From positions 99,822,001-99,886,000 of the forward strand of contig NC_045696.1 in assembly GCF_009834535.1 (NCBI RefSeq): a stretch of 64,000 nt of DNA, given 5' to 3'. Below, piece by piece: positions 53,331 to 64,000 of the stretch; within the stretch, counting starts at the first letter, position 1, and each line of letters opens with the position of its first letter. This DNA comes from Camelus ferus. Lineage: Eukaryota. Under the pieces are notes generated by a model, which was given only the letters and a program-made list of their open reading frames with translations, made no database searches and had not been told where the DNA came from. The translations under genes and the position numbers were made by a program.

Positions 53331-53705
53331 TGATAAGGGTATAAAAATTAATAAACAAAGACCTTAATTAAATGGAGTCTGGAGACCAGAAAGGGGAGTT
53401 CCCATGCCCTGCCGTGATAGCAGAGCCCAACAGGAAGAAGGAGGACCCCCTTTTCTTGCCTGGCAAGAAGCTCAGTGAAGGAGAGACAGTCACAAAACAG
53501 TGGATGAAAAGCCGCAGACTCTGTTTACTGTAGCTCTCCCAACTTCCTTTTTCCCTCCATAAAAGAGTCCACCTCTTCATGTATGCTGGGGACTTCCACA
53601 TGTCTCCCCAGGGTTGCAAACTCCAAATTGCAATTCTTCACTGATCCTTAATAAACTCACTTTTGCTGGAGAAATAACTGGCAGCCTATTTGTTTTAGGT
53701 TAACA
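53331..53705 (+). mobile_element. Solo ERV1-type LTR (MER34/MER39-like)
   Basis: aaatggagtctggagaccag; cataaaag; aataaactcacttttgctggagaaataactggcag..ttaggttaaca end. Confidence 0.75.
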
Positions 53706-54876
53706 AGAGCATGAGAAGTTTGTTCCTTCCCCTTTTCCTCCTTCAAGTACTGCCTTTTTCATGTGAACCATGCACTCTAGTGATGCCCCAGATTTTTTTA
53801 AAAGAAGAAACCTGTATTTAAAGTCATGATTTCTGCAGTAAGAATCATTTTGTTGTGTTTCTCCAAGCAGGGGGGAGTAAGTATTCTAAACAAGGACTAT
53901 TGAAAATGGGGTTCAAAGGACTTCTCTGATGGTGGAGTTTTGGGACCTGAAGCATCTCGATGGGGTTAGCTCCCCATTTCTGAATTCCATCAGTGTGACC
54001 CTGGTAATGCAATGAAACTTAAATTCATCGTAGCTTCTTTTTACAGGCTAGTGTTGCATTGTAAATAAAAAGTGCCAATAGTGGAGTCAGGCCAGGTTCG
54101 ATATTCTGAATTTTTCTCAAACATAAGGCAGCAACCCATGGCTTTGCAGGTGGTGTCATGTATGTTGTTGTCATACCTAAGAGAAGGCCATTCATATTAC
54201 AGACATGGCAGATTTGTATGTTGATTGCAACCATTTTTCTGACAGATGAGAGTAAAATCCCAGTTCTAACAAAATCACAAAAGGGACTCAAGGTAGGGGT
54301 TTCATGACAGATATTCCCCTTTGGCCCCTTAAAGTCCATTCTCTGTCCATCTCCACCTAGCCCTACCCTGCTCTCTGCCCAAAGAAACCGATTTCTTTTT
54401 TCTACAAAATAGAACCCTTTGTCTTCTTGTGGGAGTTTAGCCAGAGAGGAGCCGGGAGACGGGAAGGTCAGGGAGGGAGAGGTCAGAGGAGCTATTTCCC
54501 TCTTACGTCCCTCTCCCGGCAGTCAGCCCCACCTGACTCTCTCTTTCTGGCTGACTAGCAGACTGAGGGGTATTTGTCCTAGGTCTCCACACCCACAAAT
54601 GTAGAAATAATGCCTTTGTAAATAAATATTCCTGACCTTGTTCTATTTTGAAGGTGCTTCTGTTTCTCATAGGTACCCTGACCGCTGGGGGTCCCTTCCT
54701 CATTCATTTACAGGCAGTGCATGTGTTGGCCCTTGTTTGTGCTCATGCTCCAGATTCAGGGCCGCAGATCCACTGATCCATGCCTCTGTACTTTCTCCCT
54801 AATAGGAAAAAAAAAGGAAATAAATGGACAATTTGAAAAGAAGAGAAATACTTATGGGGAAGAGGACCCTCCCAGA

Positions 54877-54919
54877 AAATCTAGTACATGTATTTATGTT
54901 CACATTCAATTCAGAGAGA
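54877..54919 (+). repeat. 43-bp dispersed direct repeat, copy 2
   Basis: aaatctagtacatgtatttatgttcacattcaattcagagaga. Confidence 0.95.
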
Positions 54920-55270
54920 AATAAAAATTCCTACACATTCCTTTTCACTATGAAAAACACCACTCCAAAATTCAGAACAACAAAAATCTTGCTTTGGTAT
55001 TTATTTAAAATGCATAGTGCTCAAAACATAAATGTCAAATCATGCAAACGTTTTAAAACATGAGTCTTATATCCGAACTTCCAACTCCTGGTTCCATTTT
55101 CTTTTAACAATTCACAATTTTTTCAAAATGGATATTAGAAAATATGATTAAAGTATTCTAAAAAATCCAAATATGTAAATATTATAAATATATGAAAATA
55201 TTTATAAGATTATCCTAAAATATGTTTATGCTTTCGATTCCTGATTTATCAATTTAAACAGTACCTATTG

Positions 55271-55326
55271 AATCAAAATTAGATTAGCTATTTAATAAAA
55301 TCAATATTAGATTAGCTATTTAATGA
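55271..55326. repeat. 28-bp tandem duplication
   Basis: aatcaaaattagattagctatttaataa / aatcaatattagattagctatttaatga (2 mismatches). Confidence 0.9.
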
Positions 55327-57257
55327 AATTACATTTGCTTTCATGAAACATTATATGAATAAATATATTCAACTGCTGTTATGTTTTCAAGGTTTCTATA
55401 ATTTACCTTATGTTATTTATCTATAACCATGTCCTGTGTTTTATCCATAGGTTGATTACACAAACTGACCAAGAATAGCATTTATCATATGGTATTCAAT
55501 ACTTTAGAATCAAGTTGTATGGGGAAAAAAAAGGAGACAAGTATCCTTACGCTGCTAAATATATGCCAAAGGGAAAATACTCTCAGCATCAAGGTCAAAT
55601 TAATTTTCTTTCCAGATACTCAATGAATTGCTCCAAACATTGCCACATGACTGTGCTTGTTTCTCTATGTTGAACCATGAATTCAGTTACATATAATTTA
55701 AAATGAGAATTTAAAATAATTATACTCTAATCCATAAATTATACACAAATACAGTGTTATTTATGTTAAACCTTCAATGAATTTATTAATCTTAAAAAAA
55801 ATTGTTAATGAGAGTGAAATTGTAGCTTTAGGAAGGTTACCTTGGTAACAGTTTGGCTTGGTTTCCATGGTTACTAAGAGTACAGCTGAGAGGCTCAAAG
55901 AATTACAATTTCCTTTGATTGGTAGATTCTCAAAAATGATGATTTGGAAAGTGACAGGGATTTTAAAAAAAAGAAAAAGATTTTCCTCATGAGGAAAGAG
56001 ACGTTAAGTGTAATAATAGCACACTGATGGTCAGACACAAGACAGGCTTTTGAAATTTAATGAAACCTCCCTTTGCCTCTTCATAAAAAATTGGACAGAC
56101 TATCTCAATTTATAACAGCATGAATCTGAAAGCCAAAATTCCTGCTCTTGATTAAATGGCCAAAATATGTTAGACTGTTTATGGAGAACTTTTAAAAATT
56201 AGGTTAAAATTTTAATAATTGATTTAAAAATTTAAATGATCCGAAAGGCTAAAAGAAACTTTTTTTATTGCTCTTTATTGTTTTCTAGTTTTGAGTAGGG
56301 AAAAATAATATGGTGTAACAGAAGGATAGTGATAAGAGCATTAAGAAATCGAAGTCAGGGACATCTCTGTAGCTACTTGCATATACTTAGGCATATCATT
56401 TTATTTACAATTATCAGTGCTTACTATCAAAAGTAACACAGAAACTGAATAACTACCTAAGCTACTCCTTGGAAAATACTATAATACATGATGTTAAGGT
56501 CTCTTTCTGTACCTTGAATCCTTTGATTTTAAGATATTTCCTCCCAATTTGGAGAGCACACTGAAGAGACGTGCAGGCAGGCTAGGACAAATGTGGACAG
56601 CAGCTCTAGATGCTTAGCCCCTCCCCACTGTGTCAGAGTCACCTAAGAAGCAGGAAGAATGTCTAAGACTCTTCATTTAGATCTTCCCAGCGGGAAGGAT
56701 GTTTAAAGGAAAGATAGAATGAACAATCTTCCCCAGAGTTAACTGTCTCCTGCTGGAAGGCAAAGCAGTCAAAGACAAAGAACTTAAAAAGCAAGGCAGG
56801 CCCTCTGAGAGAGGGGAAAGAGGACCCGTGAAAGGGATGCACTAAAGGCCAGGGGTCTGGACACCTTGACGGCAGTCGCCTCATCTCCTTTACCAGGCGA
56901 TGTCCCAACCCTGCAAACTCTAACCCCCTGGATCATAGACTAGTCATTCGAGAAATGCTGTGGGCAAAAGCAACAGTTTTCAATTGTGTTTCTATTCCAG
57001 CACTCGGTGAGAATGTGGAAATGGCAGCTGGAAGAATGGACAAGGGAAATAATCAGCCTAACCTTCTGAGAAGCAGATGAGGGCTCTAGGAGCCCACTTC
57101 ACTTTGGATACAAGAGTGTCCACCCCCAAACAGAAACAGGATACCCAGCCAACTAGGACATGGAAACGAATACAAAATAGGCAATATTTAGGTAAAAACA
57201 TAAATGAGATAAGGGCGTTGACCTGCAAACATCTTGTAGAGGAGCATTCCAGAGAGA

Positions 57258-57425
57258 GTGTTGCCAAGCAAAGGCTCACTTGCTGCCTGAGTCACATAGA
57301 AGCCAATACAATGGCACCGGCTTTTGAGAAAAGAGTATTATTTCGAGGTTTACCAGTAAGGAGACAGGAGGCAAGCCTCTCAAATCTGTCTCCTGATTCA
57401 AGGTTAGGGGTGATACTTAAGGGGT
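57258..57425 (-). mobile_element. ERV1 LTR 3' part (antisense)
   Basis: Minus strand ggagacagatttgag..cttttctcaaaagccggtgccattgtattggcttc..cctttgcttggcaaca is a typical ERV1 R/U5 end. Confidence 0.7.
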
Positions 57426-57768
57426 TAAGGAAATTTCAGTTCCTCAGTCCTTCCCCCATCCTTGGAATGTATGTTCTGCTTGCCTGCCCCAAGCTAGATG
57501 CTACTGCAAGGACACAGCCTTGAGACAGTAAGCTGTTGCTGAGAACATCTGGATGTATACATGACTGAGCCCTGTTAAGGCTTCTATATAACTTTTAAAG
57601 TTTAGGTGAGCAGTTGTGGAAATCGATTCACCTTCCAGCTACCCAAGAACATGCCACTTAAATAAGTTCCCTTGCGTATCAAAACTACCACCCACCAATC
57701 TGGAGAGTTCTGCCTTTCTTTGGTCTCTCCTTGCCTTCCATGTACAAGGGACAGTATGCAAACCAACA
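57426..57768 (+). mobile_element. ERV LTR 3' part (sense)
   Basis: ccttggaatgtatg..ctatataa..aataagttcccttgc..ccaccaatctggag..tttggtctctcc..aaaccaaca. Confidence 0.6.
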
Positions 57769-57913
57769 GGTTGTTTCCCATTTGGGGTTATAATGATCTA
57801 TGCTTCCAATGAGTATTCTTCCATATTTCTCATGTTGGAGATGTGCAAGGGTTTCTTCGTATATAGTTGGAAGTGGAATTGCTAGGGCTTAAGTATGTGT
57901 CTCTTCAAATATA

Positions 57914-58211
57914 CAGCTGACTCCTCAAATAGCACAGGTTTGAATTGCCTGGCGCCACTTATACATGGATGTTTCAATAATATACATTCAGCCCTCTGTA
58001 TTTGAGGATTTTGCATCCACTGATTTGGCCAACCACACATGAAAATTTCCATATGGTATTGGTTGAATCCGTGAATGCAAAACCCATGGAAATGGAGGGC
58101 CAACTGTATTCATTGCACTGCACCATTTTATGAAAGGGACTTGAGCATCTGCAGATTTTGGCTTATTAGGGGCTCCTAGAAACAATCCCCTCTGATTCTA
58201 AAGAACAGCTA
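57914..58211. mobile_element. Tigger-derived MITE (MER2-like), TA-flanked, within an old antisense L1
   Basis: ta|cagctgactcctc..tttgaattgc..ccattttatgaaagggacttgagcatctgcagattttgg..aatcccc..aacagcta|ta. Confidence 0.85.
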
Positions 58212-58704
58212 TACTAAATAATGCCAAACTGTTTCCAATATTATTGTAGCAACACACACACTTGCCAGCGGTGTGTAAGAGCTAACATTGTTCCATGTCC
58301 TGCCAACACTTGGTACTGTCAGCCCTTTTAATTTCTGCCACTCTAGTAAGTGGCTAATGGTATCTCATTCATTTTTTTCTGTTTACTACTAAAGTTGAGC
58401 ACAGTGCATGTCAGTTTGTATAACATTTCATATAGGTAGAAATTCTTAATATATATTCCCATATGATAAGTATAAGCATTTTTTTAACCTAAAAATATAC
58501 ACATCTTTTACTTTTCATTTATCATTTTCAGTATAATTTCAACTTGTTTGCCAGTATCAATGTGTTACTATTATTTCAAAATAGAAATTAAATATTGAAC
58601 TTCAAAATTATTTTAATGCACATATATATTCAAAACAAACACATAAGATTCACACGCAACTTCTAATCTGTTCACCAGCCAAGCCTTTTTCTGGATAAAT
58701 ATCT

Positions 58705-58935
58705 AGAATTTCTCTGTCTAATACAGTAGCCACCCATCCATACATGATTATTGAGCACTTGAAAATGGACTAATGCTGCATGTGAAAATTATAATCTGTT
58801 TGAAATATTTGGTTACATAAAATATATTATTTAAATTAATATCACTTGTTTCTTTTAATTTTTAAATGTGGATCCTAGAAAGTTTTAAATTACATATGTG
58901 CTTCAAAATGCATTTCTAGTGACCACATTACACTA
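58705..58935. mobile_element. MER33/MER3-like hAT MITE, internally deleted
   Basis: ctgtctaatacagtagccac..attgagcacttgaaa..ttttaaatgtgg..ctagaaagttttaaattacatatgtg. Confidence 0.7.
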
Positions 58936-59498
58936 GAATCTATTTAGTTAACTAGAGAAAAACATAACTAAGGAGATTTCAAAAGGAAAAAATACAACTA
59001 TACAAAACATCAATATACCTCCCTGAAGCAAACGCAGCATTATTTCTAGTTATGCCCCAAACACAAAGCATACTTGTATACATCTTACTCAAATCACAAC
59101 TATCATTTGAAGTCAGGATCAAGATCATAATTCTCATTCATTTCTCACTGTTCATACTTTTGCCTGTAGACAAAATAATAAAAGGAAGAAGACCCAAACC
59201 AGAAACAACGCTTTTGGTAACACCTATTCCATCATTCTTCTGGCTAACATTTCACAAATGCCTACGACGGGTCAGGACCTGCATTAGACAAGGAAAAGGA
59301 TGTGCACTGACACAGGCCTCCCCCTCCCAGCCCCATTCAGGGGCTCTCCGTGGCTTAGGGGACAGTCCCATCCCACTCTTTCTGCCACCATGTTGAAAAA
59401 CGTGCATTTAAACGCAATAACATTTGGGGGATGATCTAGCCTATAAATAGCACCAGAAGAAAACACTAAACAGGCTCTTTTTTTTTTTAAAGCGCCAG

Positions 59499-59628
59499 TT
59501 TCTTTTTATTTATTTATTTATTTTGAGGGGGGTAATTAGGCTTATTTAGTTATTTTTTTCATGGAGGTCCTGGGGATTGAACCAGTCATGCTAAGCACGT
59601 GCTCTACCACTGAGCTATACCCTCCCCC
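59499..59628 (-). mobile_element. tRNA-Ala-derived camelid SINE (vic-1-like)
   Basis: Minus strand ggggagggtatagctcagtggtagagcacgtgcttagcatg..ggttcaatccccag, then acctaattacc-like spacer and (TAAA)n tail; short internal deletion. Confidence 0.92.
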
Positions 59629-59779
59629 ATAAACATGCACTCTTCAGCATAAATGAATGTATGCTGTGTAATGTTTAATATATATTTGTTATAATAATTA
59701 TCTGAATTTCTTGGGAACTTTGCTCTTGACGGGGGATTCCAAGCTTGGGGAAGCTTATTTTTGAGGCTGGAAATGCAAA

Positions 59780-60030
59780 GGAAGCGTGCTGCAGAAAACA
59801 ATTGGTGTAGTCTAGCTGGCACCAGGTTGCAGCTGCACTCGCCTGCCTGCCGTGCCTGATATGGCTGCTGTCAATGAAGGCAATTGTATGCAGAGCACTG
59901 CTGGGCTGTCAGCTGCGGCTCCCGAAGGGCTGGTTGCAGTATTTTGGTGATGTCTGAAGATGCAGGCAGATGTTGGGAGAACAAAGCAACCACACTGAGT
60001 AAGGCACCAGAACCACGGCACAAGGTAAGC
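59780..60030 (+). other. Candidate (alternative) first exon / promoter-proximal element of an unidentified transcript
   Basis: Repeat-free GC-richer block with several CpGs, a strong donor AAG|GTAAGC after 60024, no clear upstream acceptor, and ATG 59950 open to the donor in phase 0 (MSEDAGRCWENKATTLSKAPEPRHK). Peptide not recognised. Confidence 0.4.
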
Positions 60031-60164
60031 ATATTTAAAATAAATGATAGAAATAAAGAGATTTTCAAAATGGTAAAGCCGTTCTTGGTGTGGAGCATTG
60101 GGATTTCTGAAGCTTTTTAATGTTTTCTTAATTCTCCCTGTCAATCTACTTAGTAGCTCCAATC

Positions 60165-60240
60165 TCCTCCCTCCCCCTCTCTCTCCTTCTCTCTCTCTCT
60201 CTCCTTCCACTCCTCTCTCTCTCAGAGACACACACATACA
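60165..60240. repeat. Imperfect (CT)n/(CA)n tract
   Basis: ctcctccctccccctctctctccttctctctctctctctccttcc...cacacaca. Confidence 0.9.
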
Positions 60241-61894
60241 CCCTGAAGAACATCGAAATAAATAATTGTTGATATGTCATATGTCTGTAGCGTACAGTTT
60301 TCTGCTTGGAATGCCAGTCTCTTTTTCTAGTAACATGGCCTGGAATAAGCCACAACCTCTCAGAATATTTCCTCTATTTTTAGACTCTTTAAAGGGAAAA
60401 TGCCTTTATGAACTGCCAAAGTTTGCATTATGTATAGCAGATCAGGCAAACGCCAGAAGACAAAGTACAATAAAGACAGATGACTTCAAAGACCACCATT
60501 CAACTTAACTTCATCCTACCTGGAGAAAATGTAGAAGGCTGAAAATTAAAAAAAGAACTTCTACATACAAATTAAACTTTTGCTTCTGCCTTGGGCTTTA
60601 CAATCTACTGATTACGGAATACCTTTTGTCCCGTGGAGTCTGTGCACAGGACTCTAAATTAGGAGTCTTTTTTGTGTCATATCTCAGTGAGTGGGGACCC
60701 CTCAAGATATATTTGCTCCAGAACCAGCTTTTTTCAGTTTCACAGATTCTTCTCTGTATCTAGAATTCTTTTCTATGTTTTTTTCTAGTCATTTAAATCA
60801 ATATCTTTTTAAGTAGGCAGAAAGAGAGAGGGTAAGAAATCTCTTATTAATAGTTAAGAAGCATGATCCAATATACTATTCTTTCGTATTTAAGAAAAAA
60901 TATCTTAATAGCTATTATTTTTCTGTTTTAAAGTAACAGGAAAGGAAACTTAGACATGTAGATGTGGAACAAAGAATTGCTCATTTGAATGATGCATTAC
61001 TGACTTTGATTAGCTTTCCTTTTCAGAGAGAGGATGAGTTACATCATCTGATTTTCAGAAGGTGGGAACTGACCCTTACTTTTAAAAATACTGAAGGACT
61101 CTTGCATCCCTGTGTTGTGATACTCCACTGAAGTCCTCATTCCCCAAGAGAGGAGGCCATAGCATTACATCTCAATAAGCTGTCTACTGATACGCACATA
61201 GTAAACAGTTGATAAATGTCTACTGAAGAATGAATGAAGCACTGCACGTAAAGGGTGGGTTTGAATAAGATAGTAAAGAAATACACTTTGACAGGAAGTC
61301 TGCAAAGTGTGGATAATGGCTGTTGAAACTGGAGTTGCCCGTTCCCAGGGAAGAAACATCCAAGTTTGCATTAAGGAGTTGGATATTTTACATTTAGCAA
61401 TGTAGTTGCAAATCAAATAACTCTGGAAAAGATTTATTTAATCATGATAGTCTCCCCCTATTTGCTTTATTTCATTTGTTTATTTACACCCTGCTCTGTT
61501 CCACAGTAAATTTCAGTATGGGAATTTATAAACCCAGGGATAAGATTTATGCATAGAAATGCACACCTTAAGTGCTGCAAGACTGTTAAAAGCGGATTCA
61601 CATTTTAGCAGATCATACGGTGAGCCTCACTGAATGAAAGAAGTTATTTTTACCACTAAATTGTAGTCCATTTACATATGATTCCCCACCTGTAGTGGTT
61701 ACTTTTATGACCAGCTATTCATAAATTTGCTGTTAATTATTCTTGTATGATATGGCATGATAGAAACAGCTGAAAACATAAATACACACAATGGTGTTTA
61801 CATTTCTCAGATTATAATGTCATTAAGACCTCTAGATGCTGCCTTCTCATAAATTAATATTAAGTCCCCTAGTTAATTCCCCACTATGCTGACC

Positions 61895-62380
61895 AAGCTA
61901 CTGTTGGACAGGATATGTGGAAATGGGACCCCTTATCCCTTACTGCTGGGAATGTGAATTGGCACAAGCACATTGGAGATCAACTTGGTGATACCAAGAT
62001 AAAGACCTCCCTATCCCATTAGCCAGCATTTTTACTCCTGGATATATACCTTCAAAAGGACTGTTACACCTGTGCATACGAACCATTGTCTTCCACAATG
62101 GAAACACCAAATGTCCATTAAAATGGCAATGGGCAAAAATTGTATTCAATATACTCATAAAATGTAATCACATGCAGTGGCTGAAAACAATGTAATTTTA
62201 TACATTATTGTCAATTTAAAAAAACCACAATATTAAATGCGTAAAACATGTTTTAGAATTATACCTAAAATAACATTTATATAAATCAAGAAAAACAAGT
62301 AATTCTCTCATATTCCATATATATGTATACTTAGTTATATATGTCCATATGTATATATTTATGCATGTATGCATATAATT
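61895..62380 (+). mobile_element. Old L1ME-type 3' fragment
   Basis: tactgctgggaatgtgaattggcacaagcacattgga..ccagcatttttactcctggatatatacc..ccaaatgtccatta. Confidence 0.7.
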
Positions 62381-62393
62381 TCTAGGGACACAT

Positions 62394-62545
62394 TTTTTTA
62401 CCTTTGTTTTTGTTTTTGTTTTGGTGGGGGGAGGTAATTAGGTTTGTTTATTTATTTATTTATTTTTAATGCAGGTGCTGGGGATTGAACCCAGGACCTC
62501 GTGCATACTAAGCACGTGCTCTGCCACTGAGCTATACCCTTCCCC
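62394..62545 (-). mobile_element. tRNA-Ala-derived camelid SINE (vic-1-like), full length with TSD
   Basis: Minus strand ggggaagggtatagctcagtggcagagcacgtgcttagtatgcacgaggtcctgggttcaatccccagcacc plus tail; TSD tctagggacacat (62381-62393) / tccagggacacat (62546-62558). Confidence 0.95.
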
Positions 62546-64000
62546 TCCAGGGACACATATTTTCATAGTAAAACCAGAGGCAGAATAACCATTAAGCTAA
62601 TGAAATATTCCTAAAGCCAGTACTCCCAGTCCTGGTCCTTGGTCCTGTCCCAGATCTGTAGGCTTACATCTTAATCCATTCTGCATTCTCTCCCCAAAGG
62701 ATGTCATCCAGAGCACATTGCTGACTTTGTTCTGTTTTGGCTTATAACAGGTGGCATTTCTTTTCTCTCACTATCTAGGTTTAAATAAATTGACAGTCTC
62801 TCCCTTTGTACTGAGTAAGACAATTTTAGTGAGCCCTTTCAGCCATGAAAATTTAAGTCTAGTATCTAACAGCTAAAGAATTAAATGATAGGGAAGTTCT
62901 GAACAATGATGTAACATTGAATGGACAAATCTTCTGAAATAGCTGTGATACATCCTGTGCAAAGGCCACGGGCAGGGCATGATTGCACCAGATTATGATG
63001 CAATGTGTTTCCATTTCCTTTTGGCTGAAACTGAAGATAGGGGATATAGAAATTCTTCTTTCAAGGTGGAAGGAGGGGAGAACAAGGACAAGCAAGGCAG
63101 GGCATCCTAAGAAGATGAGCACACCCAAGCAGCAGAGCAGCAGGGCACAAGATCAGGAGAGAGAAGCTAGTGGGGAGTTTTGCTGGGAAGGGGCAGACCA
63201 CTGATTCGAGGTTTTCTGATACTCACTTTCACATCTCATCTTTTGTACTGCAATCCCCACCGCTATCCTCAAGTCTTGGCTTATGTCTGCTGGACAGGCC
63301 TACCTTGTACTGTTTAATTTCATGGGATTCAGGGAGCAGAATAAAACACTGATGACAAAATAAATCTGATGCTGCTTGAAAAAGCCAAGGGCTTCATAGC
63401 ACAGATACAAGAGGACAGTGTGACCATTTTGAGGACTGATAGTGGTCCTGGTGCTCCTCCAGAGGTGGCAAGTGTTAGGAGCAATGGAGTGAGGGCACCT
63501 GGAAGGCAGGACCGGAGGTGAGGCTAGCTTGTGGAGGGTGGGAGTCCTTGGTAACAGGCCACTTGAAACGTACCAGAGGTCCCTTAAGGAAGGTTTGTGA
63601 GCTTCTCCTTCATGCTTAATTCATTTAGATGTTTATATTTTGTTTCATAATTGGTGCTCTGTTGAAAAATCAAAATTAACTGGTCCATTAGGACCATAAC
63701 TTAAAATACCATGGTTGATAGTGCTAATAACAACTTAGGTTCTTTGGATCAAAGGTTTTCCAAATGCCCATGACCAACATTAAGAAGTCTGTGAAACACA
63801 GAATTTAGATATAAACTACAAATATATTTAAACACCTTTTCTGCAAAATGGTAACAAATAACGGCAGCCCTTTTCAACCTTGAACGTTTCAAAACAACAA
63901 CAAAAAGAAACATCTCTTTGCCAAATCAGAAGAACCCAAATTTTTGGCTGTCTACAACCTGTGAGCTGGCTTTACAATCTTTCATCATTATCCATGCCTC

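Noticed and set aside
62470..62545. tRNA-Ala-like sequences (also 18831 and 59560-59628)
   Set aside because: They are SINE heads with family-specific tails (and a TSD at the 62.4-kb copy), not functional tRNA genes.
1..64000. CRISPR arrays, operons, rRNA, NUMT, ERV internal genes or a novel multi-gene system
   Set aside because: No regular repeat-spacer array, long ORF, or rRNA/mitochondrial/retroviral coding similarity was visible; the window reads as mammalian non-coding DNA.

Overview
AT-rich mammalian genomic DNA, intergenic or deep intronic. It is most likely camelid: it carries three copies of a tRNA-Ala-derived vic-1-type SINE and young L1 3' UTRs, and I saw no Alu, Bov-tA/CHR or PRE-1 SINEs. 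A large part of the window is interspersed repeats: young and old L1, L2, MIR, MaLR/ERVL/ERV1 LTRs, and hAT-Charlie and Tigger-type DNA elements. I found no convincing protein-coding gene; the recognisable ORFs are L1 ORF1/ORF2 or hAT transposase debris. The best candidate host-gene element is a GC-richer, repeat-free block at ~59.78-60.24 kb with a strong AAG|GTAAGC donor, possibly a first exon. Other notable observations are a tailless 5'-half tRNA-Glu(CTC) retrocopy with TSD (35.15 kb), a 5'-inverted twin-primed L1 inside a nested TE stack (16.6-19 kb), a 62-bp minimal L1 insertion with a perfect 17-bp TSD, a 43-bp dispersed direct repeat 1870 bp apart, and two LTR 3' halves fused back-to-back. 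I found no evidence of a previously undescribed multi-gene system. Repeat subfamily names come from recalled consensus resemblance, and boundaries of old elements are approximate.
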